Shown: positions 28,773-38,033 of the stretch, piece by piece
Layout: each line of letters opens with the position of its first letter
How positions within the stretch are numbered: the first letter of the stretch is position 1
Notes under the pieces: generated by a model
Database searches by the model: none
What the model saw: the letters and a program-made list of their open reading frames with translations, nothing else
Told to the model about the DNA's origin: nothing
NCBI GenBank assembly: GCA_965223295.1
Contig: CBDCWC010000003.1
Span: 768,001-832,000 of the forward strand
Length of the DNA stretch: 64,000 nt
Source: Nitrospirales bacterium
GTDB taxonomy: Bacteria > Nitrospirota > Nitrospiria > Nitrospirales > UBA8639
Direction: 5' to 3'
Translations under genes and position numbers: made by a program

Positions 28773-29801
28773 TTACACCCTGATTCTTTCCAGGGCTATG
28801 CGGTTGGCAACAATCAAGGGAGGTAGGTGATCCCGTAATGAAGTCGTTAAGACCTGATGAACGGTTTGCTGGATATTCGCAATCCATAGCGCTAATCGTC
28901 GCTGATGCAAAATTTCTCGAACTACAAGCTGGATTAACCCTCCGGCGTTCAAGAAGTAATCAGGAACATGCAAGATGTTTCGCTTCATCACACGATACGG
29001 ATCACGCTCTTCGTCCAAAAATTGATTGTTGGCTCCTCCGGCAACAATCCCGGCTGTGAGTTGAGGAATGATTTTAGCATTCAAGACGCCACCGAGGGCA
29101 CAAGGCGCAAAGATGTCGGCCAGGACACTATGAATTTTCGATAACGGGACAACGGAGGCATTCCAGGATTGTTGAGCTCGGGAGGCACGTTTAGGTTGCA
29201 AGTCAGCCACAACTAACTTCGCACCCTCCTTGAACAGGAGCTTTCCTAAATTCCATCCCACGTGCCCAACACCCTGAATGGCCACCACCCGACCACTCAG
29301 ATCTTGCGTCCCATACACTAATTGACAGGCAGCTTGCATACCGGCCAGCACGCCCTTTGCTGTCGAGAGCGTGGGATCTCCACTGCGCCCGGTAGTTCCC
29401 GTCACATGGGAAGTCTGCTCCGCGACGACATCTAAGTCTTCAGGAAGAATCCCTGAGTCTTTCGCGGCAATATATTTGCCATTCAGTGAATCAATGAACT
29501 TTCCCATCGCGAGCAGCAAGAGACGGGGTTTCTCTGTCTCTGGATCCCCAATAATGACGGCCTTGCCTCCACCAATCTCTAATCCGGAGACAGCGGCTTT
29601 TTTGCTCATGGCTTCGGCCAAGCGAAGCACATCGTGTAGAGCCTCTTTCTCATGTTGATATGGCCACATGCGGATACCGCCCAAAGAGGGTCCAAGTCGA
29701 GTGGAATGCACCGCAATAATCGCATGGAAGTTGACCGACTGGTCTTTCCCGACAACGACAGTTTCAAATCCCTTAATTTTGAGGTGTTTAGTCTTAAGCA
29801 T
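28773..29801 (-). CDS. Glu/Leu/Phe/Val dehydrogenase (leucine dehydrogenase-like)
   Basis: HSTRLGPSLGGIR, GGGKAVI, IQGVGHVG, APCALGG and AGGANNQ motifs. Confidence 0.9.
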   Translation of the reverse strand: MLKTKHLKIKGFETVVVGKDQSVNFHAIIAVHSTRLGPSLGGIRMWPYQHEKEALHDVLRLAEAMSKKAAVSGLEIGGGKAVIIGDPETEKPRLLLLAMGKFIDSLNGKYIAAKDSGILPEDLDVVAEQTSHVTGTTGRSGDPTLSTAKGVLAGMQAACQLVYGTQDLSGRVVAIQGVGHVGWNLGKLLFKEGAKLVVADLQPKRASRAQQSWNASVVPLSKIHSVLADIFAPCALGGVLNAKIIPQLTAGIVAGGANNQFLDEERDPYRVMKRNILHVPDYFLNAGGLIQLVVREILHQRRLALWIANIQQTVHQVLTTSLRDHLPPLIVANRIALERIRV

Positions 29802-29931
29802 GATTCTGTTTTGAGATTTCCCATATCTTAAGCTGGATTGATCCCTAACACAAAAGAGTTTTTTATTAAAGAACTAAGGAAAAAGGAAATTTAACCCACA
29901 AAACCCTAGAGAGTCCTCCTAGTGTTTAGTT

Positions 29932-31698
29932 ATGACTTATGACGCTTCAGACCAATCAAATGCTACACTGCTCATCATGCATTCTCCTGACTCACCTTCG
30001 AAGATCGGCGGTAACCTCGATCGCGTGAAATGCTATCACGAGCAAACCAAGCATGAATTCAATCGTTTTGCTAAATCGCTAGGCTATTTGGACTGGGCGA
30101 ATCAACCTGATCCGTTTCGTCGGTTTCAGGAAGCTCCGCTTATTTTCTTCCCCTTGCTCAAACTTGATGAAGAGCCAATCTCACCGTCGTACGAAGCGTT
30201 GTTTCAGAAGTCTACGATTCCGTCCCAACAAGTTACACTTCATACCGTATCCCGATTCTTTGAATATGCCTTATCATTGACGGCTTGGAAAGAATACAAC
30301 GGCACACGCTGGGCCTTACGAAGTAATCCTTCCAGCGGAAACCTGCATCCTACAGAAGGCTATCTGTTTATTGGCGACCTTCCAGAACTTTCTCTGGAAC
30401 CAGGGCTCTATCACTACGCGCCCAAAGAACATGGACTAGAGCATCGATGGCAGGTTTCTTCAGGTGTGGCTCAATCCCTTCTTCAACACTTTCCAACAGA
30501 AAGCTTTTTAGTTGGACTGTCATCTATCCATTGGCGCGAAGCCTGGAAATATGGTGAGCGGGCCTTTCGCTACTGCCAACATGATATCGGCCATGCAATT
30601 GGCACACTGCGCATCGCCGCCACCACCCTGGGCTGGAATATGGTCGTCCTCTCTGGTACATCTGATGACACGATTGAGCAATTTCTAGGCTTACAACGCC
30701 AAGAGGATTTCCATACATCTGAACGCGAGTATCCTGAATTGCTAGCGGCCGTGTGGCCAGGAACCATCCAAGCATCTCTAGAGATAGGCTTGGCCTTTGA
30801 AAAACCATCAGAAAAACTCTTAGTATTTGGTGAATGGAAAGGAACAGCTAATCGTTTAAGCAAAGATGATCCCGTCCACTGGGAAATTATTGATAAAGTC
30901 ACTGAAGGCGCCTGGAAATCCACACAGGAATCCAAAACCATATCGTTCTCGTCTCATTCTGCAACCCAGCCCCAAACCTATGAGAAAAAAAGCGAACCCC
31001 TTGCAGGCCAAATTATCCACCAACGGCGAAGCGCCGTGTCATTTGATGGTCACACCAGCCTTTCGGTTAGTCGCTTTTACACGATGCTGCTACGGATTAT
31101 GCCAAACAACCATTTGCCATTTTCTGAGCGCCCCATGCCCTGGGATGCACTGCCCTGGAACCCAACCGTTCACCTAGCCTTATTTGTTCATCGAGTCGAC
31201 GGACTTGAACCGGGAATGTATTGGCTCAACCGCAATCCCAAAGAACGGCGGGTCACAGATTTTCAGTCAAACATGCATGAGCAGTTTGTTTGGACAACGC
31301 CAAGGAATTGTCCCTCTGAACTCCCGCTCTACCTACTAGAAGAGGGCGATGCAAAAAATTTAGCGATGCAGCTCAGTTGCGGGCAGGAAATCGCGAGTGA
31401 CAGCGCCTTTACCCTTGGAATGATTGCGGAATTTGATGAAAACCTGGAAACGTATGGGCCCTGGTTTTACAAACGCCTGTTTTGGGAAACCGGACTTATT
31501 GGTCAAGTGTTCTATCTGGAAGCCGAAGCCGCAGGAGTACGAGCCACCGGCATTGGCTGTTTTTTTGACGACCCCGTCCATCGTGTTTTAGGTTTTTACC
31601 CCAACACCAAATGGCAATCCCTCTACCACTTTACTGTCGGCGGCCCCGTCGAAGATGCCCGCCTGACGACTTTGCCACCCTATGAACATCTAAGGTAA
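29932..31698 (+). CDS. Two-domain SagB/ThcOx-type nitroreductase
   Basis: YHEQTKH, LRSNPSSGNLHPTE, WREAWKYGERAFRY and TGIGCFFDD motifs. Confidence 0.9.
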   Translation: MTYDASDQSNATLLIMHSPDSPSKIGGNLDRVKCYHEQTKHEFNRFAKSLGYLDWANQPDPFRRFQEAPLIFFPLLKLDEEPISPSYEALFQKSTIPSQQVTLHTVSRFFEYALSLTAWKEYNGTRWALRSNPSSGNLHPTEGYLFIGDLPELSLEPGLYHYAPKEHGLEHRWQVSSGVAQSLLQHFPTESFLVGLSSIHWREAWKYGERAFRYCQHDIGHAIGTLRIAATTLGWNMVVLSGTSDDTIEQFLGLQRQEDFHTSEREYPELLAAVWPGTIQASLEIGLAFEKPSEKLLVFGEWKGTANRLSKDDPVHWEIIDKVTEGAWKSTQESKTISFSSHSATQPQTYEKKSEPLAGQIIHQRRSAVSFDGHTSLSVSRFYTMLLRIMPNNHLPFSERPMPWDALPWNPTVHLALFVHRVDGLEPGMYWLNRNPKERRVTDFQSNMHEQFVWTTPRNCPSELPLYLLEEGDAKNLAMQLSCGQEIASDSAFTLGMIAEFDENLETYGPWFYKRLFWETGLIGQVFYLEAEAAGVRATGIGCFFDDPVHRVLGFYPNTKWQSLYHFTVGGPVEDARLTTLPPYEHLR

Positions 31699-31729
31699 AA
31701 GAGCCGAGAATCAAAAGTGTTCCAATGCT

Positions 31730-31967
31730 TCTACCTCCTCTAGCTCCTCCTTACAAAGGAGGGGGAAATCTCAAACGACTGTTTTCCACAGATCTCTCCT
31801 AGCTCTCGAACTTTCCTGCTCTTTTCCTCCCCTTTGTAAGGGGAGGTGAAGGTGGGGTAGAGTTACTAATACTGAAATAGATGTTCAAAACCTTTCCTGC
31901 GAATGGAATCAGTTGAAAATTGTGAATCTCTACCTCCCATAATCCCTCCTTACAAAGGAGGGAAAAA
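31730..31967. repeat. Three family-R palindromic repeats (+,-,+) upstream of DUF559
   Basis: 31730-31765 (+), 31825-31862 (-), 31929-31967 (+); each has TCTACC followed by a hairpin with a CTT-ACA-AAG apex. Confidence 0.88.
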
Positions 31968-31988
31968 GTTTTCGACCACGATTGATCC

Positions 31989-33038
31989 ATGCCGACTAAA
32001 AAAGGAAATCCGAAACTTCTTCCCATTAAGCGTCGACTTCGGTCCAACTCAACCCGGACGGAAGAATTGCTTTGGGCAAAACTCCGCCATAAACAATTCT
32101 TCCCCGTAAAGTTCCGTCGGCAACATGGAATTGGACCATATATTGTGGATTTCTTTTGTCCTGAAAAACGTTTGGTTGTTGAAGTTGATGGGGACACCCA
32201 TGCGACTGAAGCTCAACAAACAAAAGATCACACACGCGAAGAGTATCTCAGGTCTTTGGGGCTACAAATTGTACGGCACACAAACCATGAAGTCCTTAAT
32301 AATCTTGATGGGGTTTTGGAGGACCTGATTCGACGCGTCTTAAAAGAATCTACCTCCTATAATCCCTCCTTACAAAGGAGGGAAAAACTACCAGACAAGG
32401 ACATTACGCTTTCTTCCAAGAAGTCAACAAAAGAAATTAGAAATGCCGAACTGAAACCTCTGCCGCGTGAGTTTTATGATAGGCCCACATTGAAGGTGGC
32501 GAAAGCACTGTTAGGGAAAGTGCTCGTTCGAGAAACATCCAAAGGCAACCTAATGGCAAAAATTGTCGATGTTGAAGCCTATGTTGGACCAAAGGATAAG
32601 GCTTGTCATGCGTCCAAAGGCCGGACGAAACGCACAGACATCATGTTTGGTTCAGCCGGATATACGTATGTCTATCTCATCTATGGAATGTACCACTTGC
32701 TCAATATCGTCACTGAGCAAGAAGGCTATCCCGCTGCTGTTTTAATTCGAGGTCTGGAACCTGTAGAAAAAGTAGCTCCATCAACACGTCAAACTCGCAT
32801 TGATGGCCCGGGACGGGTCGGCCGTTTCTTAGAACTAGCCCACACCCATAACGGCCTCGATACAACACAAGGCAAGACGATTTGGGTCGAAGATCATGGC
32901 GTCACCGTTCCAAGGAAGAGCATTCAAGCCCTACCCCGCGTCGGCGTCGACTATGCAGGAGAATGGGCAAAGAAACTGTGGCGATTCTGTCTCCCTACTT
33001 CTTCTCCCCCCAAAAGACGTCAATCCAAAATAATATGA
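31989..33038 (+). CDS. DUF559 (Vsr-like) endonuclease domain fused to DNA-3-methyladenine glycosylase (MPG/AAG family)
   Basis: N-terminal RRLR...EELLWAKLR...KFRRQHGIGPYIVDF...VVEVDGDTH; C-terminal LPREFYDRPT..VAKALLGK, VEAYVG.D.ACHAS, YVYLIYGMY, AVLIRG and PRVGV. Confidence 0.88.
   Translation: MPTKKGNPKLLPIKRRLRSNSTRTEELLWAKLRHKQFFPVKFRRQHGIGPYIVDFFCPEKRLVVEVDGDTHATEAQQTKDHTREEYLRSLGLQIVRHTNHEVLNNLDGVLEDLIRRVLKESTSYNPSLQRREKLPDKDITLSSKKSTKEIRNAELKPLPREFYDRPTLKVAKALLGKVLVRETSKGNLMAKIVDVEAYVGPKDKACHASKGRTKRTDIMFGSAGYTYVYLIYGMYHLLNIVTEQEGYPAAVLIRGLEPVEKVAPSTRQTRIDGPGRVGRFLELAHTHNGLDTTQGKTIWVEDHGVTVPRKSIQALPRVGVDYAGEWAKKLWRFCLPTSSPPKRRQSKII
32349..32387 (+). repeat. Family-R repeat in frame in the DUF559-MPG linker
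   Basis: TCTACCTCCTATAATCCCTCCTTACAAAGGAGGGAAAAA; 38/39 identical to 31929-31967; translated as STSYNPSLQRRE. Confidence 0.9.
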
Positions 33039-33187
33039 GTGCTATTGAATCCTTTCCCCGGATATCTTGAACAAGTACAGCCGTCTACGTTACCCTAAGC
33101 TGTCAGAAATATGTTGGCTACGTCCCGTATGCGACATGTGACAAATCGCTTCTCTTTTCCACGAACAATAAAGAAGGAGACACAACT

Positions 33188-33280
33188 ATGGGCAATCCGC
33201 TCGATACCATTAATGGGACCATTACCGCAGGGTTTGTCCTAACGATCGTGCTGTACGGCTTAGTCAAAATGCTGGTATGA
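33188..33280 (+). CDS. 30-aa hydrophobic micro-ORF
   Basis: AAGGAG RBS; MGNPLDTINGTITAGFVLTIVLYGLVKMLV; below the ORF-track cutoff. Confidence 0.65.
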   Translation: MGNPLDTINGTITAGFVLTIVLYGLVKMLV

Positions 33281-33333
33281 CCTCACCAGCCAATACCGAT
33301 TTTTTATTCATCTCACAAAGATAAGGACACAAC

Positions 33334-33813
33334 ATGGAAAGCATATTAGCCTGGGGACATTTCCTCGCGGGGATTACCTGGATCGGCATTCTCTATTATT
33401 TTAATTTCATCCAAGTCCCGTTTCTCAAAGTCGTGACACCCGAAACCAAGGCTGAAGCCTTCAAACATCTAGTCCCCAACGCCTTATGGTGGTTTCGATG
33501 GGGCGCGCTCGCCACCTGGGTGTTTGGATTTATGTTGTTAGGGAATCAAGGCCGAATCGGCGGAGCCTTTTTATTACAAGGCCAAGATGCGGTCATCGGC
33601 ATGGGTGCTTGGCTCGGCACAATCATGCTCTTGAACGTCTGGGGCATCATTTGGCCCAATCAGAAAAAAGTGTTGGGCATGAAAGAAGCCACGCCGGAAG
33701 AAAAAGCCGCGGCAGCACGCACAGCCCTGTTGGCGTCACGCACTAATACCATGCTTTCTATTCCCATGTTATTCTTCATGGCCTCCTCCGGCCATGCTTC
33801 AGGGTTGTTCTAA
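33334..33813 (+). CDS. Urate hydroxylase PuuD-like membrane protein (Urate_ox_N domain only)
   Basis: WGHFLAGITWIGILYYFNF, ALWWFRWGA, NVWGIIWPNQK and SRTNTMLSIPM motifs. Confidence 0.85.
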   Translation: MESILAWGHFLAGITWIGILYYFNFIQVPFLKVVTPETKAEAFKHLVPNALWWFRWGALATWVFGFMLLGNQGRIGGAFLLQGQDAVIGMGAWLGTIMLLNVWGIIWPNQKKVLGMKEATPEEKAAAARTALLASRTNTMLSIPMLFFMASSGHASGLF

Positions 33814-33843
33814 ACAGACAACTAGCGACCCAATCCTTTCAAT

Positions 33844-33877
33844 AAAAAAGGCCGGCTCACGTGAGCCGGCCTTTTTT
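33844..33877. terminator. Bidirectional rho-independent terminator
   Basis: AAAAAAGGCCGGCTCACGTGAGCCGGCCTTTTTT between convergent genes. Confidence 0.9.
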
Positions 33878-33942
33878 ACTTTTACCCTTCACCTAAGAAT
33901 TCCCGAAAGGGTGTATCCTTATACTTACTCTCCGCAATAAAT

Positions 33943-35052
33943 TTAAGACGGTATTGATGGATCATAAGCCGGATAGTCAGTATAGCCGTCTTTTTCAAAC
34001 GAAAACCACGTATTCATATCTTCTGATGGAGCCAATGGCCATCCATTCCGAAATCGCTCAACCAGATCAGGATTGCTGATATAGGGTCGGCCAAAGGCCA
34101 CAAGATCAGCCTGCTTGGTCCGAATCGCCGCCTCAGCCGTTTCTTGCGTATACCCACAATTGCTCATAATGGGCCCCGAAAACACCTTTCGAAATTCACT
34201 CAGTGTCATGGGCTCTCCCAACTCATGAAACCCAAAGGCCAACCCGTCGACCACATGCAGATAAGCGAGCCCTTCCTTTTCAAGCTGGCTAGCGGCATAG
34301 GTAAAGGTTTCACGAAAATCTTCGGAGCCCATATCATTATAATTGCCATTCGGACTTAGCCGAACTGCCACTCGATGTGCTGGCCACACCTCAATGACCG
34401 CGGATACAATTTCATGTAAAAAACGAAAACGGTTCTCCAGACTTCCGCCATACTGATCCGTCCGTTTGTTAGTTTTTGATTGCAAAAATTGGTCAATCAG
34501 ATAGCCATTCGCACTATGAATTTCCACGCCATCAAACCCGGCGTTTTTGGCTCGTTTCGCTCCCTGCTTATAAGCTTCAACCACACCAAGAATTTCAGCG
34601 GTCTCAAGAGCTCGAGGGGTTTCATAAGACTTTTTGCCTTGTGGGGTATGTATATATTCCCCATTCGATTTCACGGCAGACGGTGCCACTGGCAAAGCTC
34701 CACCATGAAAATCACTGTGTGAAGCTCGACCGCAATGCCATAGTTGAAGAAAGATTTTTGATCCTTTGGCATGCACGGCATCGGTCACAATTTTCCACGC
34801 TGTCCCTTGCTCGTCAGTATATATGCCAGGCGCATTGACCCAACCAATCCCCTGCTCCGAAATAAAGGTGGCCTCTGTAATAAGCAGGCCAGCATTGGAT
34901 CGTTGCGCATAATATTCAGCCATGAGGGCATTAGCCATCCGTTCTGTCCCAGCCCGCGCACGAGTCATGGGAGAGAGTACAACGCGATTGTCTAATTTCA
35001 AATCACCTAATTGAAAGGGAGTCAGCAACTCTTGAGGTGGAGTCATGGTCAA
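33943..35052 (-). CDS. Old yellow enzyme family alkene reductase (NemA-like)
   Basis: SPMTRAR, YYAQR, QLWHCGRASH, GFDGVEIHSANGYLIDQF and AFGRPYISNPDL motifs. Confidence 0.93.
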   Translation of the reverse strand: MTMTPPQELLTPFQLGDLKLDNRVVLSPMTRARAGTERMANALMAEYYAQRSNAGLLITEATFISEQGIGWVNAPGIYTDEQGTAWKIVTDAVHAKGSKIFLQLWHCGRASHSDFHGGALPVAPSAVKSNGEYIHTPQGKKSYETPRALETAEILGVVEAYKQGAKRAKNAGFDGVEIHSANGYLIDQFLQSKTNKRTDQYGGSLENRFRFLHEIVSAVIEVWPAHRVAVRLSPNGNYNDMGSEDFRETFTYAASQLEKEGLAYLHVVDGLAFGFHELGEPMTLSEFRKVFSGPIMSNCGYTQETAEAAIRTKQADLVAFGRPYISNPDLVERFRNGWPLAPSEDMNTWFSFEKDGYTDYPAYDPSIPS

Positions 35053-35061
35053 TCCTTGGAG

Positions 35062-35298
35062 TTATTCCTGAACAACGATATGAGTATCGGTTTCTTCGAC
35101 GCCGGGAATCGGATGAATTTTGGTCATAATAAGATTGGCTAAGGCCCGGTCGTCAGGCGCATTGACCAACCCAAAGATATCCGGATGACCAAAACACGCA
35201 TGCGCCTGTTCAACTTCAGACAACGCTTTCAACGTAGCCAACACATCTTGGGCCTTCCCGGCTTTAACCTTCATCAAAATATACGCTTTTGCTGCCAT
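35062..35298 (-). CDS. Stand-alone Lrp/AsnC ligand-binding domain protein
   Basis: KAYILMKV..G...V...L....V......G..D...I..IPGVEETDTHIV pattern. Confidence 0.85.
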   Translation of the reverse strand: MAAKAYILMKVKAGKAQDVLATLKALSEVEQAHACFGHPDIFGLVNAPDDRALANLIMTKIHPIPGVEETDTHIVVQE

Positions 35299-35553
35299 GG
35301 CAACCTCCTTGTTCTAGAACCATTGCACCGTAGGCTTACCGAACGCTGTTCTACCATAGACACCATCGTAATTCTAGCCTGCCATTAGGGTAGCAGACTG
35401 GTTTTTATGGCTATTTCACAACATCATAATCTCTGCGTCTTTGGTTTTTCGAAATTTATTATGCCGAAAGGTGAAGCCTGACATTCTATAAATCGAGTCT
35501 GACCCCTTATAAATGTAAATGATACATTGACCAACGCACTTGTCATTTGCTAA

Positions 35554-35570
35554 TTAGGAATCATTCCTAA
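35554..35570. promoter_or_regulatory. Per/Fur-box-like operator
   Basis: Perfect 8-1-8 palindrome TTAGGAAT-C-ATTCCTAA downstream of TTGACC (35527) and upstream of the Fur-family gene. Confidence 0.75.
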
Positions 35571-35594
35571 GAAGGAATTATACTAAGAGTCTCG

Positions 35595-36068
35595 ATGAAC
35601 CTTTCTCTTGATGACATCCAACAAAAGTTTCGTGACTGTGGGCTAAAGTCCACGCCACAACGGACGGCTATTTATCAAGCCTTAGTACAGAGTACTGCTC
35701 ATCCGACCGCAGAAGATCTTTTCACGCAGGTGTCGCCCACGTTACCCATGTTGTCTATGAATACAGTCTATTACACATTAGACATCTTACGCACTGCCGG
35801 CCTCATACAAGAAGTAAATATTGGCCATGAGCGAGCCCGTTTTGATGCAAACCTCACTCCCCATCATCATGTGATTTGCTTGGGCTGCCAGACCATTTAC
35901 GATGTCATGGATTCGCGATTGAACCGCTTAACCTCACCGTCGGGAATTCCCAAAGACTTTGAGATCACCAATCATCAAGTCGCCTTCAGAGGATATTGCG
36001 GCTCTTGCCGCCGATCTCGAACAAAGAAGAAGGCATCACCATCGGGTCGAAACCCCGTTACACATTAA
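35595..36068 (+). CDS. perR: Fur-family regulator, PerR-like
   Basis: TPQR, HPTAE, RFDAN..HHHVICxxC and final CxxC; precedes rubrerythrin. Confidence 0.8.
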   Translation: MNLSLDDIQQKFRDCGLKSTPQRTAIYQALVQSTAHPTAEDLFTQVSPTLPMLSMNTVYYTLDILRTAGLIQEVNIGHERARFDANLTPHHHVICLGCQTIYDVMDSRLNRLTSPSGIPKDFEITNHQVAFRGYCGSCRRSRTKKKASPSGRNPVTH

Positions 36069-36079
36069 AGGAGGATGTT

Positions 36080-36508
36080 ATGTGCAACAGTCTAAAAGGC
36101 ACCAAAAGTCACGAAAATTTGAAAGCCGCCTTCGCCGGCGAGTCTCAGGCCAACCGCCGCTATCTGTACTTTGCGAAGCGTGCCGATATTGAAGGATACA
36201 CCGATATTGGCGGCCTGTTCCGCGATACATCAGAAGCCGAAACTGGCCATGCTTTTGGTCATTTAGATTTTTTAAAAGAAGTTGGTGACCCAGCCACCGG
36301 TGTTCCCATTGGAAATACCGATGCCAATTTAAAGGCTGCGATTGAAGGTGAGACCTACGAATACACCCAAATGTATCCGGGCATGGCCAAAACTGCCCGC
36401 GATGAAGGCTTCGAGGAATTAGCGGAATGGTTTGAAACGCTCGCCAAAGCCGAGCGCTCACATGCCAACCGCTTTACCAAAGGGCTTGAGTCACTGAATC
36501 AAGGGTGA
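36080..36508 (+). CDS. Rubrerythrin (short, no rubredoxin domain)
   Basis: [30 protein letters not shown] and AERSH motifs; AAGGAGG RBS before the ATG at 36080. Confidence 0.93.
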   Translation: MCNSLKGTKSHENLKAAFAGESQANRRYLYFAKRADIEGYTDIGGLFRDTSEAETGHAFGHLDFLKEVGDPATGVPIGNTDANLKAAIEGETYEYTQMYPGMAKTARDEGFEELAEWFETLAKAERSHANRFTKGLESLNQG

Positions 36509-36548
36509 TCACTAACAATTTTTGAAGTAATTGTAAGCCTCCTTCTTT

Positions 36549-36723
36549 CCTCCCCTTTTGTAAGGGGCTTGGGCCCGAAGAGGGCCCAAGCAGGTGGGGT
36601 AGAGTCTGGCGTCAAGCTCATGATGTTCATTTTTAAATATGAAGTTCTTATTGCTAGTCGATGTCTCTACCTCCCGAATTTTCCCTCTTCGGAAAAACTC
36701 CCCGTCCTTACAAAGGACGGGGA
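36549..36723. repeat. Inverted doublet of family-R repeats
   Basis: Reverse unit 36549-36603 and forward unit 36666-36723; the latter is 55/58 identical to the reverse complement of 15813-15870. Confidence 0.85.
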
Positions 36724-36755
36724 ATTTATGACCTTCTTTTCCAACATATGCAACC

Positions 36756-38033
36756 ATGCCGAAATTTGATTTGATTACTCCGGGGTGGCAACGCTCTGAT
36801 CTTGAGACTGAAACGCTGCGAGTGTTTGATATCTGTGACGGGTGTCGCCGCTGTTTCAATCTTTGTCCGTCATTTACGACAATGCTCGACCGTATCGATG
36901 ATCATGAAAGTGATATCTCAAAACTCACGCCACAAGATTTCACGCAGATTGAACAAGAATGCTACTACTGCAAACTCTGCTTTAACCATTGCCCCTATTC
37001 CCCCCCACACGAATATGACTTAGATTTCCCTCGGTTAATGGCTGCCTGGAAAAAGCACCGCTCAGCTGAAGGTGGAACCACCTGGCGCGATAAACTGCTC
37101 ATTCAAACTGACCTTATTGGGAAAGCCGGGAGTCTGACCGCGCCATTCACGAATTGGGCACTACAAACCCCTTGGGTACGCGGTCTTGTGGAAACCGTTG
37201 CAGGCGTTCATCACTCGCGAAAAGTCCTCCCCTTTCAAGCCGAAACATTTACCCAATGGTGGGAACGACGAAAGTCGTCGGCATCGAAACCTCCCACGCC
37301 AAAAGCCAAAGTAGCTTTCTTTCCCAGTTGCTTAGTCAACTTTCAAGTTACCGACATTGGCAAAGCCACCATACAAATTCTTGAAAAGAACGGGATTGAG
37401 GTCGTCGTCCCACCCAACCAACAATGCTGCGGCATGCCACGCTTCGACTTAGGCGATATCGAGAGCATGCAAAGGATCGCTGACCAGCAATGCCAACAGT
37501 TCATGCCCTACGTCGAGCAAGGTTATGACATCGTCATTCCCGCCCCTAGTTGCAGCTTGATGTTCAAGCGGGAATATCCCTACCTGAAACCTTCTCCCGA
37601 CGTGACGCGCCTCGCAGAACACACATTTGACGTCTGCGAATATCTAATGCGCTTAAAAAAAAACAAGACCCTTTCCTTAGATTTTGTACAGAATCCCGGT
37701 CGAGTGGCGTATCAAATTCCTTGTCATCTCCGAGATCAAAACATTGGATTTAAATCGAAAGACATGATGGAGCTCACAGGGGCCAAGGTCCATCTGATTG
37801 AAAAATGCTCGGGGCATGATGGTACCTGGAGCGCCAAGAAAGAATTTTTTGACATGTCGATGAAAATTGCGAAAAAAGCGGTGAGGGAAATCAAGGACGA
37901 ACATTTCGATATAGTGGCATCCGATTGCCCGCTGTCCGCCGTACAACTCGACCAGGCTCTTAATGCTCCTCCGACTCGACCCGCGCTGCACCCCATTCAG
38001 GTGGTCCGCAATGCCTATGGGCTACCCTCATGA
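36756..38033 (+). CDS. Fe-S oxidoreductase (GlpC/HdrD-like, rubrerythrin-associated)
   Basis: CDGCRRCFNLCP, CYYCKLC..HCP, CCGMP, CH and CSG motifs. Confidence 0.88.
   Translation: MPKFDLITPGWQRSDLETETLRVFDICDGCRRCFNLCPSFTTMLDRIDDHESDISKLTPQDFTQIEQECYYCKLCFNHCPYSPPHEYDLDFPRLMAAWKKHRSAEGGTTWRDKLLIQTDLIGKAGSLTAPFTNWALQTPWVRGLVETVAGVHHSRKVLPFQAETFTQWWERRKSSASKPPTPKAKVAFFPSCLVNFQVTDIGKATIQILEKNGIEVVVPPNQQCCGMPRFDLGDIESMQRIADQQCQQFMPYVEQGYDIVIPAPSCSLMFKREYPYLKPSPDVTRLAEHTFDVCEYLMRLKKNKTLSLDFVQNPGRVAYQIPCHLRDQNIGFKSKDMMELTGAKVHLIEKCSGHDGTWSAKKEFFDMSMKIAKKAVREIKDEHFDIVASDCPLSAVQLDQALNAPPTRPALHPIQVVRNAYGLPS

Noticed and set aside
31730-32387. Family-R cluster as a CRISPR array
   Set aside because: Mixed orientations, irregular spacing, divergent stems, one interval is a gene, and no cas genes
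35996-36079. N-terminal extension of rubrerythrin in the ORF track
   Set aside because: It overlaps perR; a strong RBS precedes the ATG at 36080
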